A DNA stretch of 64,000 nucleotides. Source: an uncultured delta proteobacterium (lineage in GTDB: Bacteria; Desulfobacterota; Binatia; UBA9968). Location of the stretch: positions 288,001-352,000 of the forward strand of contig CAVYTU010000017.1 of the NCBI GenBank assembly GCA_963771465.1, read 5' to 3'. The first letter of the stretch is position 1, and each line of letters begins with the position of its first letter. Shown here piece by piece: positions 18,388-28,663 of this stretch. The notes under the pieces are model-generated. The model was not told the DNA's origin. It saw only the letters and a list, made by a program, of their open reading frames with translations, and did no database searches. Position numbers and translations under genes: made by a program.

Positions 18388-19554
18388 CTATTTGAAAATA
18401 ATTCGAATCACCCGGTCGTCATCGGCGTTCGGCCGACCGCGACCGTCGTGATTGCTGGTGAGCAGATAGAGCGCTTTGTCCGGGCCTTCGACGATGTCTC
18501 TCAAGCGGCCCAATTGACGGTCGAAGTGGCGTTCGAGTTTTGCGACTTTGCGGGGATCGTTGGGATCGAGAATTACCCGGTATAGTGTTTGGCCGCGCAG
18601 TCCGGTGAAGACAAGCGAGCCGATCCATGGACCTTGGCTAACGAAAGCTGCACCGCCGGGTGCCCAGGTTTCGCTGCTGCCGGAGTGAATGACCGGCGGT
18701 ACCAATCCTTCTTTTGTTTCATCACCGCGAATCTCCGGCCAGCCGTAGTTTTTGCCGGGCTCGACGAGATTTACTTCATCGCGGCAACAGCCTTGAAAAC
18801 CACTCGGTCCATGTTCGGTGGCGTATAGTCGTCGCGTGGGAGGCTGCCAGGCGAGCCCTTGGGGATTTCGATGACCGTAGGAATAAACATATGAGTTTGG
18901 AAAAGGATTGTCCGTCGGAATGCCACCGTCGGAGTTGAGGCGCAGAATTTTGCCGTTCAGTGATTTTAAATCCTGGGCGTGTCGCGTTGTCTGCGCGTCG
19001 CCTACCGTCCAGTAAAGCTTGCCGTCCGGTCCGAACTTTACCCGTCCGCCGTCGTGATTGTTGGCGCCGGGAACGTCGTCAATGAGAATTTTATCGGCAA
19101 TTCCAGATCCGCCCTTCGGATCTTCGCGCAAACGCACCAGACGGTTGCGGGTGCCGGATGCGCCGCTGCGGTAGCTATAAGCGGCGTAGAGGAAGCGATT
19201 CAGGGTAAACTGCGGATCGATGGCGAGACCCATGAGCCCGGATTCGCCGCTGGCGGCGACATCGATCTTCATCCAGGGCTCAGACTGAAGTTGGCCGCGC
19301 TCGATGATGCGTATACGTCCCGGCCGCTCGCTGATAAAAATTCTACCGTCCGGCGCGAAGTCGATGGCCCAGGGTGTGTTAAAACCGCGCGCGAACGTTT
19401 CGATGCTAGGTTCCGCGGCGGCGGCGGTAGATGGCTGATGGGGCAATCCAACCGCGCAGGCGGCGGCGATCAGAATAAGTTGTAAGATGCGGCGCGCCGT
19501 TCCAGTCGTTTTCACAGAGTTTGCCGCGCGCAACATCCGGCCGCGTTGCTTCAT
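18388..19554 (-). CDS. PQQ-dependent (glucose/sorbosone) sugar dehydrogenase
   Basis: PWAIDFAPDG, HDGGRVKFGPDG, YGHRNPQG, GRLRD; signal peptide. Confidence 0.92.
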   Translation of the reverse strand: MKQRGRMLRAANSVKTTGTARRILQLILIAAACAVGLPHQPSTAAAAEPSIETFARGFNTPWAIDFAPDGRIFISERPGRIRIIERGQLQSEPWMKIDVAASGESGLMGLAIDPQFTLNRFLYAAYSYRSGASGTRNRLVRLREDPKGGSGIADKILIDDVPGANNHDGGRVKFGPDGKLYWTVGDAQTTRHAQDLKSLNGKILRLNSDGGIPTDNPFPNSYVYSYGHRNPQGLAWQPPTRRLYATEHGPSGFQGCCRDEVNLVEPGKNYGWPEIRGDETKEGLVPPVIHSGSSETWAPGGAAFVSQGPWIGSLVFTGLRGQTLYRVILDPNDPRKVAKLERHFDRQLGRLRDIVEGPDKALYLLTSNHDGRGRPNADDDRVIRIIFK

Positions 19555-19560
19555 CGGCTC

Positions 19561-21117
19561 CTAATGGGTTGACGGCACCGGCTCGCAACAAGCGGTTTGA
19601 GCCGATCGTTTCTCAGCGGGCGTGGCGGCCTCCCACACGGTACGAAGATCAGACGAGTAGGGATAGCGAATGCCGTTCTCTTCGAGAATTTTACTGGTAG
19701 CTTCCTTGAGATCGGCGCGGTTGAATACCATAGTCTCGTGGGTGAGTACGCCGGAGGCGGCGAACTTGAAACTGATTTGTTCGTCACGGGTATCGCGCAG
19801 GATCTCGACTAGATGACGGAGATTTTTTAGCGGCACTCCATTAACTTCGCTGAGCACGGCGCGATTGGGATCGTCATAGCCTTTGGTGATGCGGTGGGGA
19901 AACAACGGCGAGGCGACGACAATCAACTCTTCATTCTCGAACGCCGGCTGGTCATAGCGGCGCGTCACCAGCGGGCTTGGCTGGCGGCCAAATGATGTCG
20001 GGCGTTGATTGCCCAGCCGTTCGAGATAATCCTGAGTGGTCTGTGAAAAAACGAAGGGACCAAAGATAAAAAACCTCGGCTGAGCTTCCAGCAAATAAGG
20101 AATCACCAGATCTCGTTTTGTGCGCGCCGGTAAATTGATGTTCGTTAATTTGCCGGCACGGAATACGGTTATGGGCAACAGGCCGTTCTTAGCATGCTTC
20201 TGCACGAGATAGGATGCCGAGAGACGCAGGTCATAACGGATCGCGACTTTGCCATCGCTGTCGATCGGCACTCCGCCGATATGGGTGATGACGTCCCACT
20301 CATTCAATGGATAGTTTGGCTCGTGGCGATAGGGTTGTGCCACCATCACGCCGTTGACCCCTTTCGGTAGTCCGAGGCGCTTGCGCAATGCGTCATTTTC
20401 GACGGTCTGAATCAAGTCGTGAGTTTGCGGCTTACCGTCGTAGACGCCGTCGGCGATGTCATCGAGAAATAATTGGATCTCCTCGACGGGAATCAGATAG
20501 CCGATGTTCTGCGCGTTTTGAATCAAGCTAAAGACGAGGCCAACCAGCTTGCCGTCGGACACCGCCGGCCCGCCGCTATTGCCGAAATTTAGCGCGGCGT
20601 CGACTTGGATGCGCAGACCGGTGGCCTGATAGTAGTAGTCAGTGTACTCGATGCGCGAGATGATGCCCTGAGTTACTGAAAGCTCGGTGCCGCCGGTAGG
20701 ATAGCCGTACACGCTGATGTTGTCTTTGACTCTGGGCAACTCTTGGGCGAAAGGAAGCGTGCCGCGGTTGTCGAAAAAAGATTCGTCATCGAGACGCAGT
20801 ATCGCTAAGTCCATTCCCGGCGTCATGGCTTCGACGCGCGCCGAGATGTAGCTCGCCGACTGATTCGGCTGGACATAGATCTGGCTCGCATACTTGACGA
20901 CGTGGGCGTTAGTCAGAATTCGCTTGCGATCGATGACAACGCCGGAGCCTTTGATTTGCTGGGGGCTATTCTTGGTCCAGGGACGAAGCAGATCGGGCGT
21001 ATGATGAGTCGCGTGGATTTTGACGACGAGGTCGCGGATCTTGTCTTGCGCCTCCGCGCGGCCGGACAGCAGGCCACAGATGAGTACGGTAATAATAGTT
21101 ATAAGGCTTCGGCGCAT
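19561..21117 (-). CDS. HtrA/Deg-type serine protease with PDZ domains
   Basis: LTNAHVV, DLAIL, GNSGGP catalytic triad; signal peptide. Confidence 0.92.
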   Translation of the reverse strand: MRRSLITIITVLICGLLSGRAEAQDKIRDLVVKIHATHHTPDLLRPWTKNSPQQIKGSGVVIDRKRILTNAHVVKYASQIYVQPNQSASYISARVEAMTPGMDLAILRLDDESFFDNRGTLPFAQELPRVKDNISVYGYPTGGTELSVTQGIISRIEYTDYYYQATGLRIQVDAALNFGNSGGPAVSDGKLVGLVFSLIQNAQNIGYLIPVEEIQLFLDDIADGVYDGKPQTHDLIQTVENDALRKRLGLPKGVNGVMVAQPYRHEPNYPLNEWDVITHIGGVPIDSDGKVAIRYDLRLSASYLVQKHAKNGLLPITVFRAGKLTNINLPARTKRDLVIPYLLEAQPRFFIFGPFVFSQTTQDYLERLGNQRPTSFGRQPSPLVTRRYDQPAFENEELIVVASPLFPHRITKGYDDPNRAVLSEVNGVPLKNLRHLVEILRDTRDEQISFKFAASGVLTHETMVFNRADLKEATSKILEENGIRYPYSSDLRTVWEAATPAEKRSAQTACCEPVPSTH

Positions 21118-21497
21118 TGGAACTCCTTCTATTCTAAATGAATCGCTTTGATGACCACCGACAAGTATATACGAAAATATGGGTTGGAGTTAAGCGCTAA
21201 CTCTATTTCGTTTGCTTGACTGGCGCCGGGGTTTAATCCACCGATGGCGACCTCGCGTCCCCACCTTTGCCTTGTTCGCGATCTACGGTTGGCGCGGATG
21301 GCGCTATTCAACTCCCTCGCCGCGACCAGCGAGTCTTTAACAGGACTCTAGCGGTATCGCTGGAAGTATTGCCATGGACGTCGCCCTTTAGATTTCCTTG
21401 ACAGTTGGACGGCGCCGTCATATCGGTGCGAAGTAACCGTTCGAGTAACCCATTAAGACAAAAAAGGCGGTGCAAAATCTAGTTAGAGGAGGCGAAC

Positions 21498-21806
21498 ATG
21501 TGGTATTTGACATTGCGTCAGCCAACCAAACCAAGGGATCAGTGGACGGTGACACTTGACCAGCATCTAGTGTGGATGAGGCAGCAGCATCAGGATGGGA
21601 AAATACTATTTTCGGGTCCTACCACCGATCGGAAGTACGGCGTCTACGTGATTCGCGCCGGATCTAAAGATGAAGCGGCAAAGATTGCCGCCAGCGATCC
21701 TTACACCGCGGCAGGCTTTTGCTCCTTCGAACTACTCGAATGGGAAGTCCATCAGATCATGGGCTGTGGCCCGTTCACGGCGGCGGAGATGCAGGCGCAT
21801 CGGTGA
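21498..21806 (+). CDS. YciI family protein
   Basis: HL.W...G.ILFSGP, DPY; GAGGAGG RBS. Confidence 0.85.
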   Translation: MWYLTLRQPTKPRDQWTVTLDQHLVWMRQQHQDGKILFSGPTTDRKYGVYVIRAGSKDEAAKIAASDPYTAAGFCSFELLEWEVHQIMGCGPFTAAEMQAHR

Positions 21807-21843
21807 GGGATATGGAAAGTTGGAGTAATGGAGTGATGGGTCT

Positions 21844-22970
21844 ATGCGAATTCTGAACTTCGGAAAAGTTTTTGTTGCGCTAGGCTTTCTTATGCAGGTG
21901 ATTGAGACACCGTGTACATGGCCAATCGGACTGGAAGAAACAATGGGAGTCGACGATTGAGGCGGGCAAAAAAGAGGCCGAGGTGGTCATCTACGGACCG
22001 CATAATCCAGCCTACCAGCAAATCTGGTCGATATTTCAGAAAAGTTATGCCAGAGATTAAGTTCAGTTTCGTCCCAGGCAAAGGTTCCGATCACGCGCAG
22101 CGCATCGTCGCCGAACGGCGCGCCGGAAAGTATCTCGCCGATCTCATCATGGGCGGGTCGTCGACGTATGCTGCGTTCGCGCCGGGAACCTTGGAGCCGT
22201 TAAGGCCATTGCTCATGCTCCCGGACGTTACCGACATGGCCAACTGGTTTGACGGCAAGTTTCATTTCGCCGATCCGGAAAACCACGCCGGGCTGATAAT
22301 TTCCGGTGAAATTGGCACGCGGCGGGGTTCCTACAATACCAAGCTGGTCAATCCCAAGGACATTCAATCTTGGTGGGATCTGCTCCAGCCGCGATGGAAA
22401 GGCAAGCTTGCCAGCTTCGATCCGCGCGTTGCCGGTGGCGGTGGTGAAACTTTCATGTTCTTTTATTATACGCCTGCGCTCGGGCAAAAGTTCATTACGC
22501 GTTTGCTCAGTGAAACGGATATGCTCCTGACACGCGATTTGCAGCAGGGCACCGATTGGCTGGCCACGGGCAAAATTCATTTTTACATCGGCAGCGGCCA
22601 GCCGATCATGAAAGCCAACAAGCAAGGGTTGCCGGTCGATCTTTTGCCGCACCCGATGAAAGAAGGGGACATCATGGGCGGCGGCTCTTGCTGCTTAGCG
22701 GTCATGAGCAAATCACCCCATCCCAATGCGACGAAGCTTTTTGTTAACTGGGTACTGTCGCGGGATGGGCAGATGGCATGGCAAAAATACGCCGAAGTGA
22801 ATTCCCTGCGTGTGGATATTCCGAAAACCGATCTGCCGCCGGACGACGTGCCGCAAAAGGGCGTGAACTATTTCATGCTCAACTCGGCAAAGTACAATGG
22901 CCAGGAAGGGCGCAAGGCGCTGCACCAGATTGTCGAAGACGCGCTCAAAAAAGCGGGTAAGGGAAGATAG
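21844..22970 (+). CDS. ABC substrate-binding protein (Fe3+/thiamine-like family) with two apparent frameshifts
   Basis: Signal peptide MRILNFGKVFVALGFL from ATG 21844; another frame gives QSDWKKQWESTIEAGKKEAEVVIYG...FQKSY; a third gives PEIKF...PHPNATKLFVNW. Shifts near 21920 and 22049. Confidence 0.8.
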
Positions 22971-22999
22971 TTGGCCGCAAAGACGCCAATGAGGAGACG

Positions 23000-23953
23000 A
23001 TGCCATCGATTGGTTTGATCGGACTCGGCAACGCGGGGCGGCCGATGGCGGAACGGATTCTCGCCGCGGGGTTTTCGTTGACGGTTTATGACATTGATGC
23101 CGCGGCGCTCGAATACGCCGTCGAGCGCGGCGCGGCGCTGGCAAGTAGTGCACGCGAAGCGGTGCGCGACATTACCATCACGCTTTTGCCCTCGTCGGTC
23201 GAAGTGCGCCAAGCGGTGCTCGGCGAAAACGGCGCGCTGAGCGCGCTCGGAGCGGGCAAGGCGCTCATCGATCTCAGCGGCACCGACCCGGATTGCGCTC
23301 GCGAGTTAAGCGAGCGGCTCGGAGAAAAGCAAGCAGTATTTATCGGCGGTACGATCCACGCCAGCGGCGCGCCAGCCGTTGTGATCCCCAACGGGCAATT
23401 TGCCATCGTCATCGGCGGCGAGAAGGCGGCAATCGAGCCAGCGGCGAAGTTTTTGAATAGCTTAGCGCAGACTGTGATCTGCCTGCCCGAGCCGTGGATG
23501 CCCAAGGCATTCAAGATTGCGATCATTTTATACGCGACGACAAACAACATCATCAGCGCCGAAATTTGTTCATGGCTAACGGCCCAGGGCGCTGACCCGA
23601 AATTATTCCTCAAGCTATTACAAACCACCGGCTCGCAAGCTTCGGCGTCGCGCATGGAAGAGTTCATGAAGCGCAACAACAACGACGGCGGCGCGCTCAG
23701 CAACAGCTACAAAGATTTTCGCCAGGCGCTGAACATCGCCGCTAAACTGGAAGTCCCCATGCCGCTGGCGTCCATGGCAAATCAGATTCAAGAGATGGGG
23801 CGAGCGACGGGGTTGAAGCGCTTCAACAGTCCGGCGGCGATGGGCAAGCTCTATGAACTCATTAGCGGCGCAGATCTAAGCGATGCGACCGTGCCGGCCA
23901 ATAAGAAAATTCCAGCAAGCCGCGAGCCGAGAATTATTTTTCTCGACAAGTGA
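23000..23953 (+). CDS. NAD(P)-dependent oxidoreductase (3-hydroxyisobutyrate/6-PG dehydrogenase family)
   Basis: IGLIGLGNAG Rossmann motif, TLLP, IDLSG. Confidence 0.85.
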   Translation: MPSIGLIGLGNAGRPMAERILAAGFSLTVYDIDAAALEYAVERGAALASSAREAVRDITITLLPSSVEVRQAVLGENGALSALGAGKALIDLSGTDPDCARELSERLGEKQAVFIGGTIHASGAPAVVIPNGQFAIVIGGEKAAIEPAAKFLNSLAQTVICLPEPWMPKAFKIAIILYATTNNIISAEICSWLTAQGADPKLFLKLLQTTGSQASASRMEEFMKRNNNDGGALSNSYKDFRQALNIAAKLEVPMPLASMANQIQEMGRATGLKRFNSPAAMGKLYELISGADLSDATVPANKKIPASREPRIIFLDK

Positions 23954-23981
23954 CGCAATTGTAAATATTTGAAAATAACTC

Positions 23982-24010
23982 TTGACTTGATTATGCGGCG
24001 GCGTTAGGAA
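23982..24010 (+). promoter_or_regulatory. Sigma70-like promoter of the intergenic RNA
   Basis: TTGACT (23982-87) - 17 nt - TAGGAA (24005-10), preceded by an AT-rich UP-like tract. Confidence 0.55.
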
Positions 24011-24016
24011 GCAATT

Positions 24017-24428
24017 AGAGCGAGCGATTAGCGCAATGAGAAGCAGAGCGAGGCTCACGCGAGCTTCAGCTGCTTCATGAAATGGAGGAGTTCATGAACG
24101 AACAAGACACTCCACCGGGCCATTGGCGCCCGCTAGCGGCGGGCGCGGGCAGGTCGATGAGCTTAACAGTTGGATATCGAGCTGCGTGAATCGAGGCCGC
24201 AACTTCGGCACCAGAAGGTGCGAACCCGTAATCGGGTCAATCAGAAGGACGGGCCTCCCTCAAAAAAGCAGTTCCGTCAAATCCATCCAACGTTAGCTCA
24301 ACGCGAAGCAGTGCCAAGCGAAAAGCCAGCTAGCGGGGCGGGCTAAAAAAATTCTAAATCGCTAAGTATCGACGCGATAGCGTCGGCAAACGGGCAACCG
24401 AACTCCAGAGGTTGCCCGTTTTGTTTTT
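24017..24428 (+). ncRNA. Candidate large structured non-coding RNA of unknown family
   Basis: Flanked by a promoter and terminator; nested long-range helices 24023-29/24357-63, 24129-40/24325-37, 24158-75/24285-300 plus at least six local hairpins; no ORF of 60 aa or more inside. Confidence 0.65.
24388..24428 (+). terminator. Rho-independent terminator
   Basis: AAACGGGCAACC / GGTTGCCCGTTT 12-bp perfect stem followed by TGTTTTT. Confidence 0.85.
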
Positions 24429-24480
24429 GTGGCAAAACCTCATTCGGAGTATGGTTCACAACATGGGCGCTGGCGGAGAG

Positions 24481-25173
24481 TTAACTCAGAAGCCGGCCGT
24501 AGCCCTTGACCGGAATCTTCATCCCGAGCGTTTTCATCACCCACCCGAGCGATGCAGCGGTGGACGACACTACAGGCCGTCCAGTGTCATCTTCTAATTC
24601 CTGCACGTATGCGACTGTGCGCCAGCGGCCTTGAAGCAGTAGGCTTTCGACTTCTGGATGCGCGCGGCGACTTTGTAAGAAGCGTAATCCGGCAGCTTCA
24701 CCTGGTCGACCGGCTTGGACACGTTCAATCCTGCGATGGCCAAAACCTTGACGCCACCGTCGTCGTAGTATTTTTTGATTGATTGGTTGATGGATTCCTT
24801 ATACGCCGTTGCAATAATAGTCTTGACCTGTAAATGCTTAAGCGCTTCGACCGTCGCGCTCATCGCTGTGCTGACCGGCAGGCCGACTTGTTGTGAAAGC
24901 TTGGCGACGACTTCCTGTTCCGCTGCAAAACCTCGCTGGGTTCCGAGCGTAATTCCGCCCATCAGGATCGCGTCGCACTCCTCGGCCTTGAAAATGCCCA
25001 GACCAGTGCGGAGGGCGGCGATCGCTTTGTTAAATTCCGCTTCAGTGTGCGACTGGACGTTGAGTCCCGACGAGACGATCGTGAAGCCTTTGGGTAGGGT
25101 GAAACCCCCAATCCGATGGGTTTTCAAAAACCGATGGTGATAAATAGCCAATGCGCGCTTTCCAACCAGACAT
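24481..25173 (-). pseudogene. Maleate isomerase/arylmalonate decarboxylase (Asp/Glu racemase) family, frameshifted
   Basis: MSGWKARIGYLSPS from ATG 25173 (GAGGAG RBS); shift at the C5 run near 25105; second break near 24660, then HPEVESLLLQG...RPVVSS...GYGRLLS*. Confidence 0.75.
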
Positions 25174-25447
25174 GTTGCGGCTCTCCTCGTGATGAATTTT
25201 TATTATCCCCAATGTTGTGGAGATAGAAAGTCTGCTTTTGTCGCGCCGCTAGTGTCAAGGAAGTCGCCAGCATCGCTGGAATAGCAAAACGATGGATTAG
25301 CCGAGTAAAGTAAGGTATTATTTTTGAAATTCTTTTTCCTAACGTCTAATCATTAGGAATAATTCGATTCTACGCTCAATCGCGCGTGTAAGTATAGGAA
25401 AGGATAGGGTTAATTTCTCAGTATATCTTATGAATTTAAAAGGGTTT

Positions 25448-26599
25448 ATGCGTTTCAAAAAGCTGCTTGTTATGGTTGGATTCGGTGCCATCGTCGCGCT
25501 TCTATTATTCAGTTCGGAAGTTCGCTCGGCGAGCAGCGAGCTGGAGTTTAATCGTCGCGCTACGGCGACTGCCCAGCTGTTGGCCGGTATCACACCGAAC
25601 CCGCCGGAGCCGGCATTTTTCAAGTTCATCGAGCTCGATCCTTGGAAAGAGCATCAAAAATGGATGTCGACCCAGTGGGCGCTAGTGCGCGCCCGCTTGA
25701 ACATCGTGGAAAATTGGCGCGATCATGAAATCAAAATAGGCGGCGCGCACAAAAAAACCATGATCTACCCGTTCAGCGGTCCCGATTTCATCAATCCGTA
25801 CGCGCTGTTTCCAGACCATTCACGCTATGTCTTTTTCAGTTTGGAACGGCCCGGCTCATTACCGGACATGGAATCGGTGACGCCGGTTCAATTTGTGAAG
25901 TTGTTGAACGACGTGCGCGGCGCGTTTCGCGATATCTTCGAGCGCAATTATTTTATCACCTCTTATATGACCAAGCAGCTTACCACGCCGTGGGTGCGCG
26001 GCGCCGTGCCGGTGATGGCGACGATGATGGCGCTGATGAACCGCCGTATTGTGCGCATCGAGCCGATCGATCTATTTCCCGATTTGACCAAAGCGTACGA
26101 TACGCCGGAAGGTAAGCGGCCGCGCATGCTACTTCGCGGCGTGCGCATCGAGTTCGCCAACCCGGCAACTGCCGTAACGCAGCAGCTTTACTATTTCTCA
26201 ATGGATGCTACCGACAAGGCGCAAGAGTACTATCCTGATTTTCTCAATTGGGTTGGACAGCACAAACCCTCGACGGTGTTGCTCAAGTCGGCATCCTACT
26301 TGTTGCACGACGAACAATTTGCCAAAACTCGGGCGATGGTGTTGGAATCCGCCGATATCCTAGTCCAAGATGACACGGGTATACCTTATCGTTATCTCAA
26401 CCAAACGCCGTGGCATGTGAAGCTTTATGGCAAGTACCATAAACCGGTCAGACCGATGGGATACGCTTACCAGAAGGACTTAGACTTAGCCTTTAAGGAC
26501 AAGACGGTGACTGCGGACCTGCCTTTCTCGTTCGGTTATCATTGGCGCGGCAGTCAGTCTGGGTTAATTTTGGCGAATAAGGAACGCAGTTCCAATTAG
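25448..26599 (+). CDS. Exported hypothetical protein (YPFSGPDF / LKSASYLLH / QDDTGIPY motifs)
   Basis: Long ORF with signal peptide and AT-rich upstream region; no functional family recognised. Confidence 0.8.
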   Translation: MRFKKLLVMVGFGAIVALLLFSSEVRSASSELEFNRRATATAQLLAGITPNPPEPAFFKFIELDPWKEHQKWMSTQWALVRARLNIVENWRDHEIKIGGAHKKTMIYPFSGPDFINPYALFPDHSRYVFFSLERPGSLPDMESVTPVQFVKLLNDVRGAFRDIFERNYFITSYMTKQLTTPWVRGAVPVMATMMALMNRRIVRIEPIDLFPDLTKAYDTPEGKRPRMLLRGVRIEFANPATAVTQQLYYFSMDATDKAQEYYPDFLNWVGQHKPSTVLLKSASYLLHDEQFAKTRAMVLESADILVQDDTGIPYRYLNQTPWHVKLYGKYHKPVRPMGYAYQKDLDLAFKDKTVTADLPFSFGYHWRGSQSGLILANKERSSN

Positions 26600-26636
26600 T
26601 CCGACTCAACAACTGCTCGGAGTTATTCTGCTGCTC

Positions 26637-27455
26637 ATGGCACAGAGCAGTGCCAGTCAAATCACACGGCTCGCGCTGGTCACCAGTGACGGCGTAACGC
26701 TTTCCGTCCTTGAATCCGGGCAGGTTCATGCGAAAAAGTCCCAGCTAAAAGTTGCCTTGATCCCCGGCTGGTCGATGCCGGCGACGATTTGGCAAAAACA
26801 GCTCGAACAATTTGGCCAGCGTTATCACACGCTCGCTCTCGATCCGCGCGGCCAGGGTGAGTCCCAGGTGCCCATCGATGGCTTTACCGCTGAGCGGCGC
26901 GCTACCGATCTCAAAGAGTTTCTCGAACCGCATTCGAATGTTTTACTGGTCGGCTGGTCCTTGGGCGCGCTCGAAGCGTTGCAGTATATCCATATGTTTG
27001 GCGCCGATCGGCTCGCCGGTTTGGTATTGGTCGACAGTTCGGTGGGCGAAGAGCCGGCGCCGCCGCCAGGCGGTACCTTCTTGCAATCACTGCGCGATGA
27101 CCGGGACAAAACTTTGGCGAAATTCGTTCGCGCCATCTTCAAGAGTCCGCGCAGCGATGCCCAAATCGGAGCGATGGTGCAGGGCGCCAAGAGAATGCCG
27201 GTTGAAAGCAGTATCGCGCTGTTGTCCTATCCGTTCGTGCGCACACACTGGAAAGAAATCGCGCACCGGTTTAATAAACCTTTGCTTTATGTCGTCACCC
27301 CGCAGTTCAAAGAGCAAGCGGGAAATCTGCAAAAGAATCGGCCGGGAACTCAAGTGGAAATTTTCAAAGACGCCGGCCACGCCCTTTTTGTCGACGAGCC
27401 GGTACGCTTCAACGAATTGATCCTGCGCTTTGCGCAAAGTCTCCTGCCTCGCTAA
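26637..27455 (+). CDS. Alpha/beta hydrolase (perhydrolase-like)
   Basis: IPGW, DPRGQGES, GWSLG nucleophile, AGHALF. Confidence 0.9.
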   Translation: MAQSSASQITRLALVTSDGVTLSVLESGQVHAKKSQLKVALIPGWSMPATIWQKQLEQFGQRYHTLALDPRGQGESQVPIDGFTAERRATDLKEFLEPHSNVLLVGWSLGALEALQYIHMFGADRLAGLVLVDSSVGEEPAPPPGGTFLQSLRDDRDKTLAKFVRAIFKSPRSDAQIGAMVQGAKRMPVESSIALLSYPFVRTHWKEIAHRFNKPLLYVVTPQFKEQAGNLQKNRPGTQVEIFKDAGHALFVDEPVRFNELILRFAQSLLPR

Positions 27456-27500
27456 TTCCCGGTTCGTAATTTTATTTTACGCCTCAACGGCGCATTGTTG

Positions 27501-28542
27501 TCATTTCCGTTCCGATCGTTCATGCAGTTTGCGCCGGGCCTCGGTGAGAAAGCCGCTCTCTTCGAGGCCGCGGACGAAGGCCGGGTTGTTGAGTTGATTA
27601 ATGTCGACTTGAGTAACTTTGGGATTGATGCGCGCAACGATCCGTTGGACGATTTTCCATGCGGCCGGATCGGGCAACAGCTCGATGGTGGCCATCTGGG
27701 TCAGTACTTTGTACGACGCCGCGGCGTCTTCCAGACGGGGAAAGCGAAAGCTCTTGCGCAGAATCTCCGTGACGTCGGTCCTGGCGGCGGGATCGTGGAT
27801 CAACAGCACGCTATCGACGAGCCCCTTGAGCAACCGCGAGATCGATGTCGGACGAGTTCGACGGCGTGTCGCGCAAAAAACAAAGGGTCGTGCCTTGATA
27901 AGGAATCGGTAGTTTACCGATGTCGGCGAGAACATTGGCGCCGGCGCGCTTGGCCGCCTCGCTGAAGCTATACGGGATGACGGTGGCGTCGACGCCGCCG
28001 CTGCCAAGCGCCTGCGTGACCGTGGCGGTGTCGCCCAGGATGCGCATCTTGAGATCGTATTTGTCGGGATCGATGCCGAGGAAATCCAGCGCGATCATGG
28101 TTTGCAACCAAAAGCCGCCGCCGATGCTTTGCACGCCGAAGGTTTTGCCGCGCAAGTCTTCCAGCGTGCGGATTTCCTTTCTGGCGATCAATTCGCGGGG
28201 TATTTTTTGCACCGCGGAAGCGACGCACTGGAGGCGCATGCCGCCGGCCGCGGCGCTCAGCGCGTTGGCCGGCGAGCCGTAATTGTATTGCACCTGGCCC
28301 GAAGCGAGCGTGGACATGCTCAGAGAGCCATTGCGCAGCTGCACCATTCGGACGTCGAGGCCGTATTTCCTGAACGTGCCTCTCTCAATGCCGACCCACA
28401 TGGGCCCGACGGTTTCATTCTGGCCGGCATAGGCGACCAGAATCGGCGCCGGTGTTTGTGCGTAAACGGCGGGCAAATTTGCCAGCAGAGCGGTTGCCAC
28501 AAAGGCACCAAGGACCCAGGGGTGTCGGCGCTGTTTGCTCAT
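27501..28542 (-). CDS. NitT/TauT-type ABC substrate-binding protein, frameshifted near 27845
   Basis: Signal peptide, G.FRKYGLDV, DLRGKTFGV; C-terminal half (ISRLLKGLVDS...) in another frame. Confidence 0.8.
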
Positions 28543-28663
28543 TACTTTCTCCCGCGGACAAAAAATCAAGATTAACCTCTGCGAACTCCCAATCCCTGCG
28601 CAAATTATTTCCCTACTAATTGTGGCGACGCCGAATTTACCGTTCCGCGTCCATCGAAAGCGG

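Noticed and set aside
24400-24413. PyrR-binding loop (AACTCCAGAGGTT)
   Set aside because: Does not fit the ARUCCNGNGAGGYU consensus and lies in a terminator loop
24017-24428. tmRNA (one- or two-piece), suggested by TCCACC at 24111-16 and an ORF ending YRAA*
   Set aside because: No GTTCRA T-loop arm before TCCACC, no CCA end, and no GGGG acceptor 5' strand
24017-24428. RNase P RNA, SRP RNA, T-box or other riboswitch
   Set aside because: Diagnostic cores are absent on both strands, and no same-strand gene follows the terminator
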